Assembly: GCF_902713615.1 (NCBI RefSeq)
Contig: NC_052158.1
Location: 43,735,159-43,799,158 of the forward strand
Direction: 5' to 3'
Length of the DNA stretch: 64,000 nt
From: Scyliorhinus canicula
Lineage: Eukaryota
Shown here: in pieces, positions 49,813 through 61,926 of the stretch
Layout: every line of letters starts with the position of its first letter
Position numbering within the stretch: the stretch's first letter is position 1
Program-made: the position numbers and the translations under genes
Notes under the pieces: model-generated
What the model saw: the letters and a program-made list of their open reading frames with translations, nothing else
Database searches by the model: none
What the model was told of the DNA's origin: nothing

Positions 49813-51378
49813 ATGAACATCTGCGCTGGAGACAACCCAGTGGACAGTGGGGTTGCCCTGTATGCCAGCATCGCCAGGTTGGAGTCGGAGCCTGAGTCGG
49901 CAGCTTTGCACAGCAACTGCTTTCTCGCCTTCCTGTTTGACTGCTGGTAGTGGGGGACTGGAGGTTATGTGACAGAATTGTAGGACTGTGTAAAATCAGA
50001 CCATTCCTGGCTGTAAAAGCAAGGACCATTGTCGCTCATCACCGTGAGCGGTATCCCATGCCTGGTGAACGTTTCTTTGCAGGCTTTGATTACCGCCTTC
50101 GACGTGAGGTTGGACAGTTGCACCACTTCTGGGTAACTGGAGAAGTAGTTGACCAGGAATACGTAGTCACGCCATTGGCGTGGAAAAGGTCGACACCTAC
50201 TTTGGACCACGGAGAGGTCACTATCTCGTGCTGTTGCAGCGTTTCCTTGGGTTGAGCTGGTTGAAACTTCTGACAGTAGGGCAGTTGAGGACTGTGTTGG
50301 CAATGTCCTGGCTATGCCCGGTCAATAGACCGCCTCCCGAGCTCTGCGTCGGCATTTCTCGACCCCAAGGTGACCCTCATGGAGTTGGCCCATAACCATA
50401 GCCTGCATACTCTGAGGAATTATGATCCTGTCGAGTTTCAGAAGGATTCCCTCTCCCACCGTCAGGTCGTCTTTTACGTTATAGAACTGGGGACATTGTC
50501 CCTTCTGCCAGCCGTTGGTAAGGTGCTGCATCACACGCTGCAGCAGAGGATCCTTTGCTATCTCCTCACAAATTTGGACCACCTGTTCGTCAGAGGCCGG
50601 AAGGTTGGTGGCACACAATTGCACTTGTGCTTCTATGTGGTAGATGAAGTCACCTTGTTCACACGGTGTGGTGATGGACCTGGATAGGGCATCTGCAACG
50701 ATCAGCTCTTTGCCTGGCGTGTAGACCAGTTCGAAGTCGTAGCGGCGTAGTTTAAGAAGAATTTGCTGTAACCGAGGTGTCATGTCATTTAAATCCTTCT
50801 GGATTATGTGGACTAGAGGCCTGTGGTCCGTTTCTAACATGAATTTTGGCAGGACATAAACGTAGTCATGAAACTTGACTATTCCTGTCAGGAGACACAG
50901 ACACTCCTCAATCTGAGAATACTGTTGCTCAGTGGACGTCATGGCCCTGGAGGCATACGTCACTGGAGCCCAGGACGAGAACTGGCTTTCATCAGTTGAT
51001 CTCTTGGTTTCCTTGGTTGGGTCAAAGAACGCTAGAACTGGGGCTGTGGTGAGCTTTGCCTTCAGCTCACACCATTCCTCTTCATGCGTGGGCAGCCACT
51101 GGAATTCCGTCGACTTCTTGACGAGATGGCGGAGGGCCGTGGTGTGGGATGCCATATTGGGAATGAATTTCCGAGGAAGTTGACCATCCCGAGGAAGCGG
51201 AGGACCGCCTTCTTGTCCTCCGGGGTCTTCATGGCGTTGATCGCCGAGATCTTGTCGGCATCTGGCCGCACGCCCTGCTGCGAGATGTGGTCACCTAGGA
51301 ACTTAATATCCGATTGACCAAATGAGCACTTGGCCCTGTTGAGCTGGAGACCATATTCATTAAATCTCTGGAATACCT

Positions 51379-51603
51379 AGGGCAGCACGGTGGCCTAGTG
51401 GTTAGCACAACCGCCTCACGGCGCTGAGGTCCCAGGTTCGAATCCCGGCTCTGGGTCACTGTCCGTGTGGAGTTTGCACATTCTCCCCGTGTCTGCGTGG
51501 GTTTCGCCCCCACAACCCAAAAATGTGCAGAGTAGGTGGATTGGCCACTCTAAAATTGCCCCTTAATTGGAAAAAATAATTGGGTAATCTAAATTTTTAA
51601 AAA
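51379..51603 (+). mobile_element. A-tailed V-SINE with perfect 17-bp TSD inside the Gypsy RT
   Basis: AAATCTCTGGAATACCT at 51362-51378 and 51604-51620. Confidence 0.93.
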
Positions 51604-54600
51604 AAATCTCTGGAATACCTTTTTGAGGTGAGCGATGTATTCCTGGGGCGTTGTGGACCAGCTAATTATGTCATCTACGTATACTCGCACCCCTTCGATG
51701 CCCTCCATCATCTGCTCCATGATGCGGTGAAATACTTTGCAGGCAGATATGATACCAAAAGGCATCCGGTTGTAGCAGTAGCGACCGAATGGGGTGTTGA
51801 ACGTGCACAGCTTGCGACTGGACGCATCCAGCGGTATTTGCCAAAAACCCTTGGAGGCGTCCAGCTTAGTAAAGAATTTGGCATGAGCCATGTCACTAGT
51901 CTACTCTTCTCGTTTTGGTATCGGATAATGCTCCCGCATGATGTTGCGGTTTAGATCCTTAGGGTCAATGCAAATGCGAAGCACCCCTGATGGCTTCTTT
52001 ACACAGACCATGGAGCTGACCCAGTCTGTTGGCTCTGTGACCTTCGATATGATGCCCTGGTCTTGGAGGTCCTGTAATTGCTTCTTCAGACGATCCTTGA
52101 GGGGTACCAGCACCGGCAAGGTGCATGAATTACAGGGGTGGCGTTCAGCTTGAGCAGGATTTTATATTGGTATGGGAGCGTGTCCATTCCATCGAATACG
52201 CTGTGGCACCGCGTGATAATGTCATCTATGTCTGCTTGCAAGTTTCCATCAGGCGAGGCCGTCGCCGGTGATGATGACATGGTGTGGACTCGCTGAACCA
52301 GGTTCAGGAGCTTGCAGGCTCGAGCACCGAGCAGGGACGCTCTGTCAGGCCCGACAGATTTCAAACCGCAATGTTGCCTTGATCGCCTTGTTGGATACCC
52401 CTAGTTGACACGAGCCACTGGCAGCTATGGCATTGGTATTGTAGTCAAGGAGCTGGCAGGCCGTTGGAAGAATGCTTGGTCTAGCGCGGATGGTGTTGAG
52501 GTCGGATTTTGAGATGAGGTTCGCCTATGTGCCGGTGTCTAGTTTAAATCAGATGCGAGCCTTGTTAACTTTGAGGACAGCACACCACTCGTCGTCGGGA
52601 TCCACACTGAGGATCGAGAGGCGTTGCGCCGTTGTGGTGGAAGGCAGCGCATGTGTAGTTATGATGCCCACCCGATATGAAAACTTGAGGCACTCAGTAT
52701 CAGGGTCAGTTGGGCTGTTGGGATCGGAATCTGGCATGTCTTGTATTGAGCGGACACTTCTGCGCCGCAGCTGGGATCGCTGGCTGCTGAGCGGTGGAGC
52801 AGATCTCCAAAGGGCTGCGTATTGGCCAATCTTGCCACACTGGAGACACCAGCGTCCTATTGCCGGACATTGCCGCTTTAAGTGGGCGGAGCCACAATTC
52901 AGACATGTCATGACGCCGGCGTCAGCGTGTTCCGTGCGCCATCGCGCATGCGCAGTGCGGTCGGTCGACGTACGTCATCCATTCGGTCTCGTCGTCCACT
53001 CGGTCGTGGCGCGCATGCGCAGCGACCCGGGAAAAGCGTGCAAAACGGCCACTCTCCTTGATGCTCAGGTCCTGCATATGGGCGCTGGCCTGCACCCATT
53101 CCGCCTCGTGGGAGGCCAGCTTTGCAATCTCTGCCGCCCTGACGTGGGAGTAACGATTCTTAGCATGCTCATGGGCAACGCACGTCTCGAAAGCGACAGG
53201 GAGGGTCAACTGTTTGACTTTCAGGAGCTGCTGCCGAAGGGAGTCGGAGTGGACTCCAAAAACGATCTGATCCTGGATCATGGAATCAGCCGTCGAGTCA
53301 TAGTTACATGACTGCGCTAGGATGCGGAGATGGGTCAAGAAGGACTGAAAAGGTTCATCCTTACCCTGAAGCCTCTGCTGGAAAACGTACCATTCAAAGC
53401 TCTCATTCACCTCAATGTCGCAGTGGCTGTCGAACTTAAGCAGGACTGTTTGAATTTTGTTTTGTCTTCGCCGTCAGCGAACGTAAGGGAGTTGTAGATG
53501 TGGATGGCGTGGTCCCCCGCGGTGGAGATAAATAGCGCGATCTTCCTGGGATCCGATGCTGCTTCGAGGTGGGAGGCCTCGATGTACAAGAGGAACTTTT
53601 GCTTGAAGATTTTCCAATTGGCGGCGAGGTTGCCAGAGGTGCGGAGCTGCGGAAGAGGCTGGATGTTTTCCATTTCACCGGATGGCTGTTTGCTGGTCAA
53701 TGCCGATTCACTTGAGGTAGGTCCGTCAAGATCAGTATCACTCTGGTACCATGATGTGACAGGCAGGTTGGTTTGATGTGGACTGCATTCGATGCAGGGA
53801 AGCTAGAAACAGATGTCTAACACTGGAGAAGATCCAAAACTGTTTTATTCAACGATAGAACTGATATACATATTCAGTATATGGGTCGACACTAAACTGA
53901 ACTGACTGGAGACCTTGTAGTAGCCTGACCAGACTTACTAGCTACCGCATGGTGTTTGCACTTGCTAGCTCGTGGACTCTGACTGTCTCGGTGGCTGGGT
54001 CCAGAGAGAGTGGGAAACCCAGTCCCCTCTGGCTTTATAGTGGTAGTGTCCTATCTGGTGATTGCCTGCACTGTGTTGTGTGCTTACTGGTCATCCTGTG
54101 TGTCAATCACTGCCTGTCTGCATCTCATTATATACGTGAGTGGATATTATGACATTTACAGCCAAAGACAAAATGCTGGAAAAGCTCAGCAGGTCTGGCA
54201 GCATCTGTCGGGAGAGAAAAGAGCAAACGTTTTGAGTCCAGATGATCCTTTGTCAAAGTTTATATTTACAAGTTGTGCAAGGACAGAACTACAGATTCAT
54301 CAATCATTAAAAGTACCAAGGTAGCTTTAGGATATATGAAGAAATCAAATTGAAAAGCAGAGAATTGAAATTGAACTTGTCTGGAACCTTGTTCAGACCA
54401 CACTTGGAGAGCTGTGCACAGTTCAGATAAATATATTGAAAAAGAACAGAAAGGAACGTGAAGGTGCAAAAACATTGATAAGGATGAAATTGAGAATTGA
54501 GAGATTGTAACTATCAGGAAAGACTGAACAGGCTGAAACTCTTTTCCTAGAAAGGAGGCTGAGGCGGAACATCAGAGAAATATTTAAAACAATGAAGTAT

Positions 54601-54704
54601 AGAATGAAGAATTTGGATGTAAATGGGGAGAAGATGTTTCCACTTGTGTGGGAGAGTCCAAAACTAGACTCCAGAAATATAAGACGGTCAATAATAAATC
54701 CAAT

Positions 54705-57700
54705 TCTGGACATGGGGGAGGTGCGGGACCAGCGCCCGCTTTGGTGTCTGGACGTGGGGTTGTTGGCTGATGAGGAGGTGCGTAGGAGGGTTCGGGGATG
54801 TATCGAGAGGTACCTCGAGGTCAATGATACTGGGGAGGTCCAGGTGGGGATGGTGTGGGAGGCTCTGAAGGCAGTCATTAGGGGGGAGCTGATCTCCATC
54901 CGAGCCCATAGGGAGAGGGGGGAGAGGAGGGAGAGACTGGTGGAGGAGCTGTTGAGTGTGGATAGGAGGTACGCGGAGGCCCCGGAGGAGGGATTGCTGG
55001 GGGAACGGCGTAGCTTGCAGGCCAAGTTTGATTTATTGACCATCAGAAAGGCGGAGACACAGTGGAGGAAGGCGCAGGGAGCGGTCTACGAGTATGGAGA
55101 GAAGGCGAGCAGGATGCTGGCGCACCAGCTGCGTAAGCGGGACGCGGCTAGAGAGATTGGTGGAGTGAAGGATAGATATGGGAATGTGGTGCGGCAGGGG
55201 GCAGAGGTCAATGAAGTCTTTAGGGACTTCTATAGGGAACTGTACCGGTCGGAGCCGCCGGCGGTGGGAGGGGGAATGGAGAATTTTTTGGACAGGCTCC
55301 GATTTCCAAGGGTGCAGGAGGAGCAGGTGGAGGGACTGGGGCCGCCGATCGAGTTGAAGGAGCTGGTCAGTGGGATTGGTCACATGCAGTCGGGGAAGGC
55401 GCCGGGACCAGGTGGGTTCCCGGTTAAATTTTATAAGAAATATGCGCACCTGCTGGGCCCCCTGTTGGTCAGGACCTTTAACGAGGCATGGGAGGGGGGT
55501 GTTCTGCCCACAACGATGTCTCGGGCGCTGATTTCCCTGATCCTGAAGCGTGATAAGGACCCCTTTCAGTGCGGTTCATACAGGCCGATTTCACTGCTGA
55601 ATGTAGACGACAAGTTGCTGGCGAAGATCTTGGCCACTAGAATAGAGGACTGGGTGCCGGGGGTGGTACATGAAGATCAGACGGGTTTTGTGAAGGGGAG
55701 GCAGCTGAACACTAATGTGCGAAGGCTGCTAAATGTGATAATGATGCCGGCAGCAGAAGGAGAGGCGGAGATTGTGGTGGCATTGGATGCGGAGAAGGCC
55801 TTTGACAGGGTTGAGTGGGTGTACTTGTGGGAGGTGTTGGAGCGGTTCGGGTTTGGGGTGGGGTTTATTAAATGGGTGAGGTTGCTGTACGAGGCCCCGA
55901 TGGCGAGTGTAGCAACAAATGGGAGGAGGTCCGAGTACTTCAGGCTCCACCGTGGGACGAGGCACGGGTGCCCCCTGTCCCCCTTGCTTTTTGCGCTGGC
56001 AATTGAGCCTCTTGCCGTGGCTCTCAGGGAGTCGAGGAGGTGGAGGGGTTTGGTGCAAGGTGGGGAAGAGCACGGAGTGTCGCTGTATGCGGACGACTTG
56101 CTGTTGTATGTAGCAGACCTGGTGGGGGGAATGCCGGAGGTGATGGACTTTCTTGCTGAGTTCGGGAGTTTCTCGGGATATAAATTGAACCTGGGCAAGA
56201 GTGACCTGTTTGTCGTACACCCGGGAGATCAGGAGGAGGGGATTGGTAGGCTCCTGCTAAAGAGGGCAGTGAGGAGTTTTAGGTACCAGGGGTTCAGGTG
56301 GCTAGGAGCTGGGGGACTCTGCACAAGATCAATTTTACTAGGTTGGTGGAGTAGATGGAGGAGGAATTTAAAAGGTGGGACATGCTGCCGTTGTCGTTGG
56401 CGGGTAGAGTACAGTTCGTTAAAATGACGGTGCTCCCGAGGTTTTTGTTTTTCTTTCAGTGCCTCCCCATTTTCGTTCCGAGGGCCTTTTTTAGGAGGGT
56501 GAACAGCAGCATTCTGGGATTTGTTTGGGCGCACGGGACTCTGAGGGTAAGGAGGGTCTTTTTGTAGTGGGGCAGGGATAGAGGGGGGCTAGCGCTGCCC
56601 AACCTCTCTGGGTACTATTGGGCAGCTAACGTCTCGATGGTACATAAGTGGGTAATGGATGGGGTGGGGGCAGCATGGAAACGGATGGAGGTGGCGTCCT
56701 GTGGAGGCATGAGCCTGAAGGCACTGGTAACGGCGCCGCTGCCGCTCCCTCCAACGAGGTACACTACGAGCCCAGTGGTGGCGGCTACCCTCAAAATTTG
56801 GGGGCAGTGGAGGCGACATAGGGGTGAAGTGGGGGGCTCGGTGGAGGCCCCGCTGTGGGGTAACCACCGGTTTGTCCCAGGGAACATGGATGGCGGGTTC
56901 CTGGGGTGGCACAGGGCGGGTATTAGGAAGTTGGGAGACCTGTTTATTGACGGGAGGTTCGCGAGCCTTGGTGAACTGGAGGAGACGTTTGAGCTCCCCC
57001 CGGGGAATATGTTCAGGTACCTTCAGGTCAAGGCGTTTGCTAGGCGACAGGTGGAGGGGTTCCCTTTGCTGCCCCCACGGTGGGTAAGGGATAGGGTGCT
57101 TTCGGGGGTGTGGTTCGGGGATGGGAAGGTGTCTGACATCTACCAGGTAATGCAGAAGGTGGGGGAGGCGTCGGTAGAGGAGCTGAAGGCTAAGTGGGAG
57201 GTGGAGCTGGGGGAGCAGATTGAGGAGGGGACATGGGCGGATGCCCTGGAGAGGGTGAACTCCTCCTCTTCATGTGCGAGGCTTAGTCTCATCGAGTTCA
57301 AGGTGCTGCACCGGGCCCACATGCCCGGATCTAGGATGAGTAGGTTCTTTGGGGGCGAAGACAGATGCGTCAGGTGTTCGGGAAGTCCAGCGAACCATGC
57401 CCATATGTTCTGGGCATGCCTGGCACTGGAGGAGTTCTGGAAGGGGATGGCGGGGCGGTGTCGAGGGTGGTGGGATCCAGGGTCAAGCCAGGCTGGGGAC
57501 TCGCGATATTTGGGGTTGGGTTGGAGCCGGGAGTGCAGGAGGCGAAAGAGGCCGATGTCTTGGCCTTTGCATCCCTAGTAGCCTGGCGGAGGATCTTGCT
57601 GCAGTGGAAAGATGCGAGACCTCTGAGTGTGGAGACCTGCATTAATGACATGGCGGGATTCATTAAGTTGGAGAGGGTCAAGTTCGCCCTGAGGGGGTCG

Positions 57701-58007
57701 GTACAAGGGTTCTTTAGGAGGTGGCAGCCTTTCCTCGACTTTCTGGCTCAACGATAAGGTACTAGGTCAGCAGCAGCAGCAACCAGGGGGGGGGGGGGGG
57801 GGGGGGGGGGGGGAAGGGGGGTTTTAGGGGGATAGTGTTTAAGTTAATTTGCTTTTGTTCATTTATTTTGTTGTTTATTGGGGGTGGGGGGGTTTGTTAT
57901 ATCCGTTGTTACGGGTGCCAGGGGGGTGTTTATTATTGTTATTGTTATGATTGTTTTGTTGATATATATTTTTCAAAAAATTCCAATAAAAATTATTTAA
58001 AAAAAAA
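54705..58007 (+). mobile_element. 5'-truncated L1-clade LINE (ORF2 RT plus C-terminal zinc knuckle, 3' UTR, poly-A)
   Basis: KAPGPGGF, YRPISLLN, LDAEKAFDRV, YADD, CVRC..H.FWAC, poly-G 3' UTR, AATAAA and poly-A, TSD AAATCCAAT (54696-54704 / 58008-58016). Frameshifts at about 56290 and 57455 and a stop at 56565. Confidence 0.95.
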
Positions 58008-58019
58008 AAATCCAATGAC

Positions 58020-58840
58020 GAATGATGTGGAGATGCCGGCGTTGGACTGGGTGAGCACAGTAAGAAGTCTTACAACACCAGGTTAAAGTCCAACAGGTTT
58101 GTTTCAAACACAAGCTTTTGGAGCACTGCTCCTTCCTCAGGTGAATGGAGAAGTAGGTTCCAGAAACATTTATATAGACAAAGTCAGAGATGCCAGACAA
58201 TGCTTGGAATGCAAGCATTTGCGGGTAATCAAATCATTACAGATCCAGAGATAGGGGGTTAAAGAGGTGTGAATTGTCTCAAGCCAGGACAGTTGGTAGG
58301 ATTTTGCAAGTCCAGGCCAGATGGTGGGGGGTGAATGTAATGCAACATTAATCCAAGATCCTAGTTGAGGCCACACTCATGCATGCGGAACTTAGCTATA
58401 AGTTTTTGCTCAGCAATTCTGCATTGTCGTGTGTCCTGAAGACCGCCTTGGAGGCTGACTGCCCTTGACTGCTGAAGTGTTCCCCGACTGGAAGGGAACA
58501 TTCCTGCCTGGTGATTGTCGCACGATGCCTGTTCATTCGTTGTCGCAGTGTCTGCATGGTCTCGCCGATGTTCCATGCTTCAGGACATCCTTTCCTGCAG
58601 CGTATGAGGTAGACTACATTGGTCGAGTCGCACAAGTATGTGCCGCATACCTGGTGGGTGATGTTTCCACGTGTAACGGTGGTATCCATGTCGATGATCT
58701 GGCATGTCTTGCAGAGATTGCCCTGGCAGGGTTGTGTGGTGTCGTGGTCGCTGTTCTGAAGGCTGGGTAATTTGCTGCAAACAATGGTTTGTTTGAGGTT
58801 GCGCGGTTGTTTGAAGGCAAGTAGTGGGGGTGTGGGGATA
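58020..58840 (-). mobile_element. Penelope-like element 3' part (GIY-YIG endonuclease plus pseudo-LTR)
   Basis: ORF 58396..58902: CKTCQII..CDSTNVVYLIRCRKGCPEAWNIGETMQTLRQRMNRHR..VGEHFS. Confidence 0.9.
58109..58143 (-). ncRNA. Minimal type I hammerhead ribozyme relic (core G12 mutated)
   Basis: cac-CUGAGGA-a-ggagc-agu-gcucc-AAAA-gc-UU-gug. Stems I and II and the palindromic stem III are present, but GAAA reads AAAA. Confidence 0.7.
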
Positions 58841-59217
58841 AGCACCGGTAGAAAGCAGATGGGCCGAAAGGTCTGTTTCTGTGCTTTAAAAACTAGAATC
58901 AAATCAAAAATGTGGAACTATTCAGCAGATCAGGAAGCTCCTGTGGAGAGAAACAGATAGACTGGATATTGCTGCCTAAAATCAACTCACCTCTGGCTGG
59001 TCAGTCAAATTTTCTCCACTGTCCTCAACTTTTCCTGCTCCTCCCCAAGACAAATTTTTAATCCCAAAGTCAGAGTCACTCAGACTTGCTCCCCAAGACT
59101 GGCGCCATCTACTCTGTCACTCTCTTCTCAGTCCCTCACTCCCATGCGTCGTCTACTGTGACCCTGTCTCTACTGTGCCCTCCCAACTCTGTCCCTCTCT
59201 TATCTGTACCCGTCTAT

Positions 59218-59500
59218 CTACTGATGTTGTCAGTTTGAAAGCCTCCGAGGATGAAGAATGCTGTTCCCACACTAGAAATCTCTGTCAAACGTTTACCAAT
59301 GGCATTGAGACAGCAGCTGCAATGGATTTTCACAGTAACTTCATTGCAGTGTTAATGTAAGCCTAATTGTCACACTAATAAAGATTATTATTATGAAGTG
59401 AGGTTTCATTCAGATGGGACAATGACAAGTTTAAATCCCCACCTGATCTGCTGCTCAAAGTCACCTCCGTTTCCCCGGTCAGTTTCACAACCTTCAGGAA
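59218..59500 (+). repeat. Cluster-specific dispersed repeat, copy 3 (interrupted by a ~70-bp retroposon tail at 59323-59394)
   Basis: Matches 34970-35180. Confidence 0.85.
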
Positions 59501-59526
59501 ACTCCTGTTACTGCAGAAATATTTGG

Positions 59527-59935
59527 ATTGTCTGTGAGAGACGTCAATCAGAGAGCCCACCCACTCCGCCCATTCTCTCCTCTTCCTCTACCACAGCTGC
59601 TTCACTTCCTGTAGGGACTCAAAACCAAGTCAGGAGATGGTGAGTGAAGGAGCACAATTTACAATCATTACATTGCACAATATCCACACTAATGTTCAGG
59701 CAGTCTGACTATCCTGTGGGCAATCAGCTGTGGAAATACCCCTTATGCTGTGTGAGAAGATCCAGCTCACAGACCTGTTTACTCGGTGCTTTGTGCTGAG
59801 CTGTTTGATTGGCTGTGTGTTGGATATTGAGGGTGTTTATTGGGAACATTTCCCTTCTGATTTACAGGCTGTTTTGTTGATGGGTCATTGCTGAATATCA
59901 GAAGTGAGGTGTAATTATCTGGGAGGGGCAGAGAA
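59527..59935 (+). other. 5' exon cassette of ZNF-5, a third near-identical copy of the 23835-24933 palindrome arm
   Basis: Direct match. It contains ATG|GTGAGT at 59637-59645. Confidence 0.85.
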
Positions 59936-60179
59936 ACATTTATTGAAATGTCTTTTAATGTCTTCTTTAAAGATTTTACCTGAAAGCCTCGGCCTTTCCC
60001 AGAAGCCTGGGTTTGGATTTGCTAGTTTAGCCCAGTGCTGTGTCTGAGAGTTGAATTTGGGTGTGCAGTGTGAATCTGTGCAGTGCATCTAATTTTCCAA
60101 GATAAATCAGTACCCTTCAATCAGCTATGCTGAAGAAATAGTTTCCTCAGCTTCCAGGACTTCCTGCCCAGTGTGTTTT

Positions 60180-60517
60180 CATAGCATTTACAGTGCAGAA
60201 GGAGGCCATTCAGCCCATCGAGTCTGCACCGGCTCTTGGGAAAGAGCACCCTACCCAAGCCCACACATCCACCCTATCCCCATAACCCAGTAACCCCACT
60301 CAACACTAAGGGCAATTTTGGACACTAAGGGCAATTTAGCATGGCCAATCCACCAAACCTGCACATCTATGGACTGTGGGAGGAAACCGGAGGAAACCCA
60401 CGTACACACGGGGAGAACGTGCAGACTCCGCACAGACAGTGACCCAAGCCGGGAATCGAAGCTGGGACCCTGGAGTTGTGAAGCAATTGTGCTAACTACT
60501 ATGCTACCGTGCTGCCC
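60180..60517 (-). mobile_element. HE1 SINE
   Basis: Head, V-domain and CR1 tail. Confidence 0.9.
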
Positions 60518-61410
60518 AAATAATTTTGGAAAACAATGGGATAAATTTCAAAATCTCCATTGAATTAACATTTCTCCTCTGTGTTTTTAGATTAAACACA
60601 AAGGACCCGAGCTCACAGTGAATTGATAGCCGTTTTGCACTCTGCCCGACTGTCTTTTCCATTGTCCTCCTGCTGTCTGGGAAGTAGGGGTGTGGGTGGG
60701 GGAAAGAAAGTAGCCATATTGTCTGCTGCTGGTCACTAATCAGTGTCCCTGCTGGAAGCAGAGGGTGTGTGACAGTCAAGAAAGGAAAAAGAAAGGACTT
60801 TTAGCTGATCCCCCACAGAGGGGGATAACAGACTGACATAGCAGACTGGCACTCACAGTGGACATAGCAGGCTGGCACTCACAGTGGAACAGTCTCTAAC
60901 TGAAGAGTCAGCCCCTTCAGCAAATGAGGAGAGGGAGTTAGAGGAAATCATATTTCCTTTTCCTGTTTTACAGAATGATTGCACCGTACTACACCAGAGA
61001 ATACAGAGAGGATAGACACCGCAGATAGATCCTGATTATCTACCAAGGAACAACTGCACAACTGTGGGAAGACATCCAGTCCCTTCACAGTATTGCTCAA
61101 CACTGAGAAGCTTGGCAGTGAAACCATCATCTGGAAATTGGTTGGATAAGAGGAGCTTTGACAACAGATCTGAAACTGGTCAATGGTATTAAACCTTCCA
61201 TCAGAACCAACCTTTCCGAAGGTTCGGCTCTGGATGATCGGTCAGGGTGAGACTGGGAAGAAGTGTGAGTGGGCTCCAAGTGTTGTCAAACTCATGAACC
61301 ACTGACTCGTTCCTGTAGGTGAGAGGCTTTTCAAGTATGAGGATGAGTGCACAGATTCAGAAGATCTAAGGACCATCTGTTAAAACTACTGTTGCCACAA
61401 GGGCAGCCAC

Positions 61411-61926
61411 ATGGAACTGAAACAATTCAGGTGTGATGTTTGTGATGAAGATTTTGTGACGTCTACGATTCTCCTGAGGCACCAGATGATTCACACAGGG
61501 GATAAACCATTCAAGTGTGATGTATGTGACAAATCATTCTCACGTCCATCCAACCTCTACATACACCAACGCATTCACACAGGGGAGAAACCATTCACAT
61601 GCGAAGTGTGTGATAAATCATTCTCGCAGTCATCGAGTCTCCGCAGTCACCAACGCACTCACACAGGGGAGAAACCATTCACATGTGAGGTGTGTGACAT
61701 ATCATTCTCACTGTCATCGAACCTCCGTAAACACCAACGCACTCACACGGGGGAGAAACCATTCACATGCGAGGTGTGTGACAAATCATTCTCACGGTCA
61801 TCGAACCTCCGGCAACACCGACGCATTCACACGGAGAAACCGTTCCCATGCAAGGTATGTGATAAATTATTCTTGGACTCATTGGCTTCTTGCGTACACC
61901 AACATATTCATATGTACAGTATGTGA
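61411..61926 (+). CDS. ZNF-5: C2H2 zinc-finger protein, 5 canonical fingers plus one atypical finger; possibly the 5' coding exon of a longer spliced gene
   Basis: ATG in the paralogous position, intact fingers, acceptor at 60973/60974, candidate phase-0 donor AAG|GTATGT at 61854/61855. Confidence 0.82.
   Translation: MELKQFRCDVCDEDFVTSTILLRHQMIHTGDKPFKCDVCDKSFSRPSNLYIHQRIHTGEKPFTCEVCDKSFSQSSSLRSHQRTHTGEKPFTCEVCDISFSLSSNLRKHQRTHTGEKPFTCEVCDKSFSRSSNLRQHRRIHTEKPFPCKVCDKLFLDSLASCVHQHIHMYSM

Larger units (their letters stand above)
47633..54154 (-). mobile_element. Full-length but decayed Gypsy/Ty3 LTR retrotransposon
   Basis: LTRs 53752-54154 (5') and 47633-48032 (3'), TSD TTTAC (47628-47632 / 54155-54159), PBS TGGTACCAGAGTG, PPT AAAAAAAAGGGGAG. 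The order is gag (53680-52800), protease (about 52550), RT (YVDD), RNase H (TDHRPL), integrase. Confidence 0.96.

Noticed and set aside
54592-54704. N-terminus of the 611-aa ORF as a true start
   Set aside because: It lies outside the L1 TSD in an old CR1 fragment, so it is a chance in-frame fusion.
57786-57813. Poly-G run (also the poly-C runs at 6372 and 8572)
   Set aside because: These are ordinary homopolymer expansions in retroelement sequence, and their length is unreliable in assemblies.
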